Positions 8,701 to 16,772 are shown, numbered from the stretch's first letter. The stretch is 32,000 nt of DNA from Erysipelotrichaceae bacterium MTC7 (GCA_001695645.1 LVZN01000023.1:1-32000); one strand, 5' to 3'. Notes: generated by a model from the sequence alone, not told the origin. Program-made: numbers and translations.

Positions 8701-10469
8701 GAAATTACATCTTCTCCAAAATACGATTGAATTGCCGGTTCTGTTTTTGCCCTAATAAGTGTTGTTGCACCGTTTGCTTGTGTAACATCCAGCGTCATCG
8801 AACCATAAATCGCCGCTCCATTTCCGGTTGCTTGAATGGTTCCACCAGAGATTTTTACCGTACTTGATGTATTAGATAAATCAAGAGCTCGTTTGTACGC
8901 ACTTGTTGATGTTGACGTAATCTGACCACCATTGATTTCAATTTGTGCTTTATGCATTTGTTCGATGGCTGTCCCCGTTGAACGAATGGTTCCATCGTTA
9001 ATGGTTAAATTTGAACTTGAATGTATCGCAACTCTATTCGAACTTGTACTTTCAATGAACGTGTCTTTACCATTGATTTCGATTGGCATAGTGTCGTCCG
9101 TTCTTCTTCCACCGTCAATTGCCACTTGTGAACCAATAATTTTACCACCATTTATGACTAGTTTTTTCTTGAGTGTTGGGTCTCCCATAACACTAATAGC
9201 GGTTGAACCTGTAACTTCTCCACCATTGATTTCCACATTTCCATTTGCGTAAATACCAGCACTGTTTGATCGAAGGGTTCCCCCATTTACAACTAAACTG
9301 TGGTTAGACTCAGTTATTCCAATAGCAGTTCCAGTACCATTAACACTGGTTGCCTCAACAATACCGCTATGTATGACAATATTACCAGATGCTGGAAATG
9401 TACTTTGCTTTTTTATTGATGCAATGGCGTAACCATATTCACCAGTTGCACGGACCGTTCCACCGTTGATGACAATTGAATCCTCAAGTATATCTCCATG
9501 AAACATTCCTATAGCAATTGCATTTTTCCCTGTTGATTCAACCAAGCCACCTTTATTGACGGTTAAGGTTGCTGCACCATTCACCAAAACTGTAGGTTCA
9601 CCCTTTGTTCCCCCACTTACTTTTCCACCATTTTCAATGACTGCTTTATCCGAAGCAGAAAGAGCGGTTCCAATTGTACTTTTAACAGTTCCTTTTCCAG
9701 ATACAACCACATCATTTGCTATAATTGCTTCCAATTTATTACCTGCAAGGTCAACGATTGTTTCTGGTCCGTTTACAGTCCCACCATTGATATTTACATT
9801 TTTTGCCATAATGGTTCTAGCACTCACTTTAGATAATAGCTCCCCACCATTTATGGTTACATGACTCTCGCGCGCTAAAATGGCCGCATTTAGTTGACCA
9901 TCGTTACGGGTTATTATTTTCCCTCCATTAACGATTATTTCACTTGCACGATCTTTAAGACTTTGCGGAAAAACAATTGATGATTGTTTTGCGCTAATCA
10001 ACCCATCATTAACTATAATATTTGTTGTTTCACTCTCATTTGTGATTGCGTCCGCTTGACTGATAAGTTCCCCACCAGTATCAAGAATAAACTCACTTTG
10101 TTTAGAGGCTTTTCGAATTAAGATTAGCGTTCCAACGCGCACAGAAGAGTGTTTATACTTCGCCTTCCATACGAGTTTTTGATTATTCAATGTAACTCGC
10201 ATCGGATTATCGTCACTCATCACCAAGGCATTTTCGCCTGTAACCGTGACACTCCCATTCGCACCTACTTCATCAAGTGCCTTTTGAATATTCTCTTGCA
10301 TTTGCACGGTTGTTTGTCCTGCGCTAATCACTACGCTTTTATTTCCCGCTCTTTCTTCAATTGCAAGCTTCATACGGACATGTCCATATGGAGTAGGTAT
10401 ACTTATCGTTATGACAATTATGCATAAGATAAACACTTGCAAACCTTTTATCAGTTTGTGTTTCTTCAT
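5784..10469 (-). CDS. Giant (1561 aa) cell-surface protein: signal/anchor, ~600-aa beta-helix-like NGG-repeat region, YDG/MBG-type repeats, C-terminal TM anchor
   Basis: The N-terminus has a hydrophobic signal. More than 20 reiterations of (I/V)NGGx(I/V/L)-type motifs follow. Then come five ~86-aa repeats of the form YDG/YNG-x-VEL-GG-L ... NY-x-(P)-D-V-I, and MBG-like segments (AGTYQVYV, NYEI). The C-terminus is a hydrophobic stretch plus KNRKRK. RBS AAGGGAAG. Confidence 0.85.
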   Translation of the reverse strand: MKKHKLIKGLQVFILCIIVITISIPTPYGHVRMKLAIEERAGNKSVVISAGQTTVQMQENIQKALDEVGANGSVTVTGENALVMSDDNPMRVTLNNQKLVWKAKYKHSSVRVGTLILIRKASKQSEFILDTGGELISQADAITNESETTNIIVNDGLISAKQSSIVFPQSLKDRASEIIVNGGKIITRNDGQLNAAILARESHVTINGGELLSKVSARTIMAKNVNINGGTVNGPETIVDLAGNKLEAIIANDVVVSGKGTVKSTIGTALSASDKAVIENGGKVSGGTKGEPTVLVNGAATLTVNKGGLVESTGKNAIAIGMFHGDILEDSIVINGGTVRATGEYGYAIASIKKQSTFPASGNIVIHSGIVEATSVNGTGTAIGITESNHSLVVNGGTLRSNSAGIYANGNVEINGGEVTGSTAISVMGDPTLKKKLVINGGKIIGSQVAIDGGRRTDDTMPIEINGKDTFIESTSSNRVAIHSSSNLTINDGTIRSTGTAIEQMHKAQIEINGGQITSTSTSAYKRALDLSNTSSTVKISGGTIQATGNGAAIYGSMTLDVTQANGATTLIRAKTEPAIQSYFGEDVISIRGGLIMNESATKPAILTKEEASLSLQGGAVFSYGKSTNDVVSKPGFSPTSAGQIIAWDTQDGASQTYEELSTTDLFLAPAANVYWSTLAKNQYGISYENETTNGFIELPVQVIQKRPTKQEFTNTFANVIYNAKEQPVLVEGKNKFTTQTGGLITVHYKDKNQVVTTTAPSQAGTYEICVTTTGGTAFGPITTPLKVGTYTIEKLPLSLEHIKATNKTYDGSTSVELTGMSLHDVFESDKQNVELTIVHAKTKDANAGKLKHVYIGFTFKGSAANNYRLIFPNNLTVDILPKEITVANVKATNRVYDGTKTVELTGGTLSGFIGDDGANVRPSLGEGKIMTANVGTAKSVQTAIQLHGDYDVNNYTFVQPTDVTVNISKRELHLEDVRTVNRAYNGKTSVELQGGKLKNVVAGEDVSFDLHEGQVASAATGKNKAVSTSVTLTGKDKGNYTLQQPDDLFVDIANHVLSVKGVQTINRVYDGTEIVELRGGELEGVLAGETVSLQVGRGTLDNANAGNAKAVTTNMQLTGANAANYTIEQPSNLTVDIATKEVETKDVKAKSRAYNGSKQVTLTGGTLEGLLDVDQDDVQLIGTTGYVSSAKAEMQKPVRTDLSIAGDRAHNYKLIQPTDVLVDITKAATKGKTKEHTLQENTADTYRFDYRSLLPTLPEHQQLGNANYQLGEVNNDDGLLSEPVQLNEKDIVMHVAAVPHGKKASIPILVYSDNFEPFEVTLTLTIKEKTQLTPVFTVKDLVYDGLGHELSELTFVDANKNIVEVSPEAYSIMYMGINGTDYAPSEIAPVDAGTYQVYVNINREVYEYKGHASQQFTINKRPLHLQANDVNITVGDALPEASFVVKNLVEGHRQEDVVLAVPLLVYPVNNTQTSGKHAITISGGNVHPNYEIASYTHGVLHIQKQVENHPLVEDEHQGSQTSTSTVIEAGDVFRSTNYVVLLLLAFATTGILILKNRKRK
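6786..8090 (-). repeat. Five tandem coding repeats (period 255-264 nt) inside the surface-protein gene
   Basis: The YDG/YNG codons recur at 8034, 7773, 7509, 7254 and 6999. A 20-nt identity (GTTCCATCATAGACACGATT) links the copies at about 7252 and about 7771. Confidence 0.75.
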
Positions 10470-10675
10470 GTAATACTTCCCTTCTCTTCAATACTTATCT
10501 TACACACATACCGTTATATAATAACTTAGTTATATAATGAAAGTCAATTTCAATGACTTCATATATTCATTTTTTTGTGTACTATAGAAGTAGTAACAAA
10601 CCTCTGTTTTACCTTACATTTTTGTTATGGGATACATGAAATATTCATGTTACAATGATTTAGGAGGGTTCGCCT

Positions 10676-11704
10676 ATCAAAAAAAATATCTTAAATGCAC
10701 TCCTACTGATTGGTTTAATTGCCTTTGCTTTATGGTTCACCTTACATGATGACTATAAACAAGTAATAGAAAACGTAAAAGCCATTCCTTTATGGTTAGT
10801 CTTCATTGTTTGTGGACTGGGAATTATTTACTATTGCTTACAAGGTTATGTCATTAGTCGATGTGCCAAAATATACAAAAAAGATATCCGTGTCATTGAC
10901 GGAATTCAAAATGCATATGTCGCTGCTTTCTTCAACGGTGTGACACCTGTTGGTGGTGGTCAAGTTGCTCAAAGTTTCGCGCTTAAACAAATCGGTATGA
11001 AAATCCCAGACATCGCTAGTACCTTATGGATGGATTTCTTCATGTTTCAAATTGTCGTCATTGTGTATGCTGCATTGATGTTAATTTGTAACATTAGTTT
11101 TGTCCTAACAGATTTAACTGTATATATGCCATTTATTATTCTTGGTTGGGCAATTAACTCATTTGTTATTATTGGCTTGTGGTTAATGACAAAATTCCCA
11201 AATGCATTTATTGCATTAACGGAATGGATCATTAAACTATTGCATAAAATACGTATTGTCAAAAACCCAGAAGAAACTGCAAAAAAATGGAAGCTTTCCT
11301 TAGAATACTTCCATAGTGAGATTATAAAACTAAAAAAGCGTAAGAAACTTTTGGTAAAAGGAATCTTGTGCAACATATTACGAATGACAATCTTCTATAG
11401 CATTCCATATGTCATTGCACTTGGTTATAACTTGCCACTTACACCCATCGATATTTTCCACATTGTGGCTATCTCATCCTTTGTGCATATGTTAAATGCC
11501 TTAACGCCACTACCTGGAGACACCGGCTTTACGGAAACCATGTTCATCTTGATTTACGCTATCGTCTTTCACGATTATGCAAAACCTATTATGATCATTT
11601 GGCGTTTAGCAACGTATTACATCAACATTATAATCGGTGCTGCTGTTTTATTCTATTTTCGCCTTAAAGGTTCGAAAACAAAAAAAGCGGATATTTATCA
11701 ATAA
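10676..11704 (+). CDS. UPF0104 / lysyl-phosphatidylglycerol-synthase-TM-region-like (flippase-like) membrane protein, apparent ATC start
   Basis: The frame is open from 10664 and encodes a typical family N-terminus (KKNILNALLLIGLIAFALWF...NGVTPVGGGQ). AGGAGG (10662-10667) lies 8 nt before ATC 10676. There is no ATG, GTG or TTG before the GTG at 10940, which would remove two TM helices. Confidence 0.65.
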   Translation: MKKNILNALLLIGLIAFALWFTLHDDYKQVIENVKAIPLWLVFIVCGLGIIYYCLQGYVISRCAKIYKKDIRVIDGIQNAYVAAFFNGVTPVGGGQVAQSFALKQIGMKIPDIASTLWMDFFMFQIVVIVYAALMLICNISFVLTDLTVYMPFIILGWAINSFVIIGLWLMTKFPNAFIALTEWIIKLLHKIRIVKNPEETAKKWKLSLEYFHSEIIKLKKRKKLLVKGILCNILRMTIFYSIPYVIALGYNLPLTPIDIFHIVAISSFVHMLNALTPLPGDTGFTETMFILIYAIVFHDYAKPIMIIWRLATYYINIIIGAAVLFYFRLKGSKTKKADIYQ

Positions 11705-11744
11705 AAAAGAGTCTTTCCACAGTCGTGGAGAGGCTCTTCTTTTT
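11705..11744. terminator. Bidirectional terminator between convergent genes
   Basis: A 14-bp stem (11707-11720 with 11725-11738, two G-U pairs), loop AGTC, flanked by an A run on the left and a T run on the right. Confidence 0.75.
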
Positions 11745-12960
11745 ACACGTGTGGTAACTGTATCTTGATGGTAAACATATCGTTTACACTGATTGCTTGA
11801 ATCGTTCCTTTGTGGATTTCCACAATACGTTGGCAAATCGACAACCCTAAACCATGACCACCCGTTTGTGAGTTGCGATCAGCATCTGCTCGATAAAATC
11901 GTTCAAACAAGCGCTCAGTTTTTTCTTTTGGTAAGGTTGGGCTTGGGTTGCAAATACGCAGATTCGCATACTTTCCATCCTGTTGCAGTTGTACGTGAAT
12001 CGTACTGTTTGCTTCGCTATATTTTAACGCATTTTCAAGTAAGGAAACTACAACTTGTTCCAACAGTTCTTTTTGTCCATTGACTTGCACATGATGCGCA
12101 ATATTTGGTTCAAGCTGTAACTGTTTTTCAAATGCCTGTACTTCCATCATTAAACACACTTCTTCAACCACCAAAGAGAAATCAAAGATTTGATGTTGTT
12201 TTACATAATCTTCATCACTTCTTGATAGATAGAGCAAAGAATTGGTTAGTTTGGTGGTTCGCTTGACTTCATCTTGAATGTTATCAAGCCACCGTCTTTG
12301 ATTAGAAATCGTATCTTCACCACTTGATAACATGGCATCTACATTTGTTGAAATGATGGTTAGTGGTGTTTTTAGTTCATGACTTGCATCACTAACAAAG
12401 TCCTGTTGCTTTTTAAAGGTGCTTTGTATAGGTGCGATTGCCCGACCTGCAAAATAGTTTGAGAACCAAACGACAACCACTAAAGAAATTACACTAACTA
12501 AACCAAATGCCATCATCATTTGCTTTAGCATGTCACTTTGCTGGTTGATGTCCAAAAAAGCGATTTTATATTTCCCAGCGTTTTCTTGCACTTTATATGC
12601 AAAGTATCGTCCGTTCAATTGAAAGTATCCATTTGTTTTATGAATATCCACTTTCTCGACCAAACTTGTATACACGGTTTCATTCAACGAAACAAAGGAT
12701 GGTTCACTGGTTGCTAAAATTGTTTTATCTTTATCCACAACAGCCAGATACGAGATACTTTCTGGACCATTGCTATCTTCTTTATTTGGTATCATTGGTG
12801 CTTTAAAATGAACATCCAGGGTTTTACTTAATTCCTTTTGAATATCGCGATTGGTGTTTTGAACAGTTAAAAAGCCTACCGCAAAAAATGCAGTTAAAAG
12901 AATGCAGGCGATGCTGATTACATTCATCAGTAGAAATTTCTTTTTTAATTTCTTAAACAT
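11743..12960 (-). CDS. Sensor histidine kinase (two TM helices, ~130-aa extracytoplasmic domain, HisKA + HATPase)
   Basis: H-box SHELKTPLT and the G-box region GGHGLGLSI. Start MFKKLKKK (12960) with GGAGGTG upstream; 8-nt overlap (ATGTTTAA) with the response regulator. Confidence 0.85.
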   Translation of the reverse strand: MFKKLKKKFLLMNVISIACILLTAFFAVGFLTVQNTNRDIQKELSKTLDVHFKAPMIPNKEDSNGPESISYLAVVDKDKTILATSEPSFVSLNETVYTSLVEKVDIHKTNGYFQLNGRYFAYKVQENAGKYKIAFLDINQQSDMLKQMMMAFGLVSVISLVVVVWFSNYFAGRAIAPIQSTFKKQQDFVSDASHELKTPLTIISTNVDAMLSSGEDTISNQRRWLDNIQDEVKRTTKLTNSLLYLSRSDEDYVKQHQIFDFSLVVEEVCLMMEVQAFEKQLQLEPNIAHHVQVNGQKELLEQVVVSLLENALKYSEANSTIHVQLQQDGKYANLRICNPSPTLPKEKTERLFERFYRADADRNSQTGGHGLGLSICQRIVEIHKGTIQAISVNDMFTIKIQLPHV

Positions 12961-13636
12961 CTTGCACCTCCACGAGTTTGTATCCAACCCCACGAAGGGT
13001 TTGAATTGCCGTATGGGATTGCACATATTTTAGTTTTTTACGTAAAAAAGAAATATAAACTTCCACATGGTTAAAACTAGCATCGCTTTCATAGCCCCAA
13101 ACTTTATCCAGCAATAATTCCTTTGTTGTCACCGTTGTTTGTTGCGACATTAACAATTCTAAAATCTCTGCCTCTTTCAAAGTTAAGGTGATTTGATTCC
13201 ACTTAGTTTTCAGTAATAGATTTGTTTTATCTAACTGGATATCACCAAAATATAATTCATCTTCTTCCAACATCACATGTCGACGTCTAAGATTTGCCCG
13301 AATACGTGCAAGTAACTCTTGGGTATCAAAAGGTTTAGCAATATAATCATCTGCTCCATAATCCAAACCACGTATCTTATCTTGCACATGATCCTTTGCT
13401 GTTAACATTAAAATTGGAATTTGAATGTCTTGCATGCGTAAAGCAGATAGCACTTGAAAGCCATCCTGTTTTGGCAACATCACATCCAAAAGAATCAAAT
13501 CGTGAATATTCGCTAACGCTTGATCTTCACCGTCCAACCCATCATAAGCGACGTCAACTAGATAATTGTTTTTTCTAAGAATTTGTGCAAGTGAATCTGC
13601 TAGTTTCTTTTCATCTTCAATAATTAATATTCGCAT
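12953..13636 (-). CDS. OmpR/PhoB-family response regulator
   Basis: Receiver domain (MRILIIEDE, DLILLDVMLP, LTAK) plus a winged-helix C-terminus (LTLKEAEILELL..., RGVGYKL). I chose the canonical MRILII start. Confidence 0.85.
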   Translation of the reverse strand: MRILIIEDEKKLADSLAQILRKNNYLVDVAYDGLDGEDQALANIHDLILLDVMLPKQDGFQVLSALRMQDIQIPILMLTAKDHVQDKIRGLDYGADDYIAKPFDTQELLARIRANLRRRHVMLEEDELYFGDIQLDKTNLLLKTKWNQITLTLKEAEILELLMSQQTTVTTKELLLDKVWGYESDASFNHVEVYISFLRKKLKYVQSHTAIQTLRGVGYKLVEVQDV

Positions 13637-13666
13637 ATATATACCCATAGTAAGTATATCATTCTT

Positions 13667-13699
13667 CCTTAAAAAAACCTTAAATTCCATTTAACCTTC
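13667..13699. promoter_or_regulatory. Direct repeats (candidate OmpR-type response-regulator binding site) in the divergent intergenic region
   Basis: CCTTAAA occurs at 13667 and 13678, 11 bp apart. A third CCTT at 13695 overlaps the -35 position of a TATACT box (13717-13722). Confidence 0.35.
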
Positions 13700-13757
13700 T
13701 TTTAAGATTTGCTATCTATACTTCTAGTAAGCAATCACTTGCATCGAAAGGAACTAT

Positions 13758-14558
13758 ATGGCAAAAGAAGTATTTGGACGACATGAATGTAAATTCATAG
13801 TCAATCAGCAACAAAAAGATGCTCTACTAGTTGCACTCAAAAAGAGCATCGAACATGATATCTACAACAAAGATGGAAAACCTTACACCATCTACAACTA
13901 CTACATTGATGATGCTTACAACACGTATCTACAACGTTCCGTTAGCAAACCACGATATAAAGAAAAACTACGAATTCGTGGATATGCACCATTTACTGAT
14001 ACCGGTATCGTCTTTGTGGAAGTGAAAAAGAAATACAAGAAGTATGGAAATAAACGAAGGGTACAAATGACTTTTCAAGAAGCAAAAGCATTTATTGAAA
14101 AAGGTGTGTTACCTGCTGATATCTCTAATATCAATCAACAAGTATTATACGAGTTGAAAACGATGATTGATAAACAGCGGTTACACCTGAAAGTACATGT
14201 GCAATATGATCGATATGCGTTTTTCTCAACTACAGAAAAAGGTTTACGTTTTACCTTTGATACAAACATCATAAGTCATCGCAAGCATGACAAAACCCGC
14301 ATTTTACTCGAACCCGGTTTGTATGTTTTAGAAATAAAAGCCGAAGGAAGTTTTCCTTTGTGGTTGGTCAAACTTTTACAACAACACCAAATATATAAAC
14401 AAAGCTTTTCTAAAATAGGAAAAGAATATGAGCTTTATACAAAAGAACTAGCAGAAAAGAAACACGCAAATAAGCAAATGGAGGAATTATATGTTAGAAA
14501 CACTGTTCAATACAACTACAGACACAACAACCCTATCACTCGAAAATCTACTTTGTAG
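13758..14558 (+). CDS. VTC-domain protein (polyphosphate-polymerase-like triphosphate-tunnel/CYTH-like domain)
   Basis: N-terminal RHECKFIV strand, YKEKLRIRGY, and VFVEVKKKYKKYGNKRRV basic strands match bacterial VTC-domain proteins as I recall them. RBS AAAGGAAC. Confidence 0.7.
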   Translation: MAKEVFGRHECKFIVNQQQKDALLVALKKSIEHDIYNKDGKPYTIYNYYIDDAYNTYLQRSVSKPRYKEKLRIRGYAPFTDTGIVFVEVKKKYKKYGNKRRVQMTFQEAKAFIEKGVLPADISNINQQVLYELKTMIDKQRLHLKVHVQYDRYAFFSTTEKGLRFTFDTNIISHRKHDKTRILLEPGLYVLEIKAEGSFPLWLVKLLQQHQIYKQSFSKIGKEYELYTKELAEKKHANKQMEELYVRNTVQYNYRHNNPITRKSTL

Positions 14559-15174
14559 CATGGGGATTGCTTTACTATTAGGAGCAATGATTGCTTTGAC
14601 CTATAAACACACAAGTAAAAACCACTATTCGCAAAACTTAATCATCAGCTTACTTTTACTTCCCGTTTTAATGAGTTGTGTATTTTTATTGATTGGAAAT
14701 AACGTTGCCGGTGCATTTTCTTTAGCAGGTGTCTTTTCAGTCATTCGCTTTCGAAGCGCACCAGGAAGTAGTCGCGATATTGTATATATTCTCTTTTGCG
14801 TTGCCGTTGGTTTAGCATGTGGACTTCAAGCACTACTGTTTGCGATTGTCATCACGGTATGCATTTGTATCGTCTTCTTTTCATTGGAAGTGTTTCAAAG
14901 TCATAACCAACATAGTAAACGTTTGAAACTAGTAATGCTGGTTCCTGAAGAAATGAACGTGGAAGAACTCTTTTCAAACATTCTTCAAGACTACACAAAA
15001 GCATTTGAACTTGTGCGCATGCGTACCAAAGATTTCGGAAGTGTGTTTGAACTAACGTACATAATATCTATGTATGAAAGTCAAAATAAACATGAACTTC
15101 TTGATGTCCTACGAATGCATAATGCCAATTTAAATATTTCCATCAGTAACCTTAGTCAAATTGACGAGTTTTAG
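14491..15174 (+). CDS. DUF4956 family integral membrane protein
   Basis: Four predicted TM helices and the hallmark GAFSLAGVFSVIRFRSAPGSSRDIVYILFCVAVGLACG, plus a ~90-aa soluble C-terminus. The ATG has GGAGGA 5 nt upstream and overlaps the VTC ORF by 68 nt. Confidence 0.75.
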   Translation: MLETLFNTTTDTTTLSLENLLCSMGIALLLGAMIALTYKHTSKNHYSQNLIISLLLLPVLMSCVFLLIGNNVAGAFSLAGVFSVIRFRSAPGSSRDIVYILFCVAVGLACGLQALLFAIVITVCICIVFFSLEVFQSHNQHSKRLKLVMLVPEEMNVEELFSNILQDYTKAFELVRMRTKDFGSVFELTYIISMYESQNKHELLDVLRMHNANLNISISNLSQIDEF

Positions 15175-15182
15175 GAGATCCT

Positions 15183-16769
15183 ATGAAACACATAAAACAG
15201 ATATTTATTGTATTGCTATGTATGATAATTGTCAGTGGTTGTCAAACAAGCAAGCAAAAAGCAACAAACACAGACAACGAAGAGAATGTAATTACGCTAG
15301 ATAAGGATACGATTAACTGTAAAACTGATGGTGTTGTAATTACAGGAACAACTGCAACCATCACCAAAGCTGGAAACTACACGATAACTGGCACACTGGA
15401 CAATGGACAAGTGATTGTCGATACCACAGACGATGCGAAGGTGACCCTTATTTTGGTTAACGCTAACATTCATAGTGAAACAAGTAGTGCAATTTATATT
15501 AAAAATGCGGAGACAACGACCATCACGCTAAAAGAAAACTCAGAGAATCATCTCAGCGATGCATCAACATACAGTAGTCTCGATGAGAGTGGTGAACCAG
15601 ACGCAACACTTTTTGCAAAAGATGATCTAGTGATTAATGGTACGGGTTTATTATCTATTCAAGCAAATTACAAAGATGGCATTGTTGGTAAAGATGATGT
15701 AATCATTGAAGATGCAACGATCAAGATACAAGCAAATGATGATGGAATCCAAGGTAAGGATTCACTGGGACTGAAAAATGCAAACCTTGCAATTGAAGCA
15801 GTAAATGATGCCATCAAATCTACGAATGATACAGATGCTAAAAAAGGAACCATCGAAATTCATGGTGGCAGCTATCAATTGCAAACATCGGGAAATGATG
15901 AATCAAGTCATAAAGCAATTAAAGCATATACGTCACTCACCATTAGTGAAGGAACATTTACGATTGATGCAACAGATGATGCTTTACATGCACAAAATGT
16001 CACAATTGATGGGGGGCAATAAACAATCCAAAGTGGTGATGATGGCATTCATGCTGATACAAGTTTAGTCATCAATCAAGGTACGATTGATATCCAAACT
16101 TCTTACGAAGGAATTGAAGCAAGTGATTTGCAAATCCACGGTGGAACCATTTCTATTGTGTCTACTGATGATGGAATCAATGCTGCAGGAGGTAGCGATG
16201 ATTCCACCCAATCAACATCTCAAAGTTTTCCTGGTGGCCCTGGTAGCGATAGGTTTTCATCTTCAACTGGTACGTTACTAATCACAGGTGGAAATATCCT
16301 AGTTAACGCAGAAGGTGATGGTATTGATGTCAATGGTGATGCAACAATTGCTGGTGGTGAAATTCTTGTCTACGGACCAACAAATGACGGCAACGGCGCA
16401 CTTGATTACGATGGAACATTTCTTGTGAATGGAGGCAGTCTAGTTGCCTATGGCTCTAGTGGAATGGCACTTAACATAAGTAGTACGTCTACACTCCCAT
16501 CCGTCATGATCAACTTGGACACTTCGATACAAGCCGGTGCGCAAGTATCCATTCTTGACGGAGAAGGCAATGAAATCTATCATGGAACGAACGCTAAAAA
16601 AGCCAATTCCTTAATCATTGCAAATACAGCATTACAGCTCAACTCAACCTATACCTTACAAGTGGACGATTCAACCATCACGACCTTTACTTTTACCACC
16701 ACAGTTACTACCATTGGTAATAGTGGTCAAATGAACGGTGGACCTACTGACTTTGGTCGCCCTCGCTAA
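15183..16769 (+). pseudogene. Cthe_2159-type (carbohydrate-binding beta-helix) lipoprotein gene interrupted by a single in-frame TAA at 16020-16022
   Basis: Lipobox IIVSGC. Repeats of the form I-x-GG-x-I...DDGI run through both pieces: 15183-16022, and 16023-16769 in the same frame with no further stops. The repeat unit is cut mid-motif (ITIDGGQ*TIQSGDDGIHAD). Confidence 0.7.
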
Positions 16770-16772
16770 CAA

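Noticed and set aside
5916-10427. Many 60-106-aa plus-strand ORFs inside the giant surface-protein gene, and similar antisense ORFs inside the kinase, permease, pump and TrkA genes.
   Set aside because: These are shadow ORFs opposite long, clearly homologous genes. They have no RBS and biased, low-complexity composition.
10636-10749. A 37-aa Cys-containing ORF (MKYSCYNDLGGFAYQKKYLKCTPTDWFNCLCFMVHLT) overlapping the start of the UPF0104 gene.
   Set aside because: It has a weak RBS and no recognisable family, and it overlaps a strong SD that serves the other frame. It is only relevant if the A8 run is mis-sized, as noted in the ATC-start finding.
14491-14558. Programmed +1 frameshift in the 68-nt overlap that would fuse the VTC domain to the DUF4956 TM protein, giving a Vtc4-like single chain.
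   Set aside because: The frames are compatible (0 to +1), but I see no slippery or RF2-type shift site; the sequence at the stop is ACT TTG TAG. The DUF4956 ORF also has its own ATG with a strong GGAGGA SD, so independent coupled initiation is the simpler reading.
15805-16068. Alternative-frame ORF bridging the TAA site, considered as a sign of a G6-run frameshift at 16011-16016.
   Set aside because: The sequences before and after the TAA are in the same frame, and both carry the family repeat motif. No net frameshift is needed; the alternative frame encodes non-homologous Met-rich sequence.
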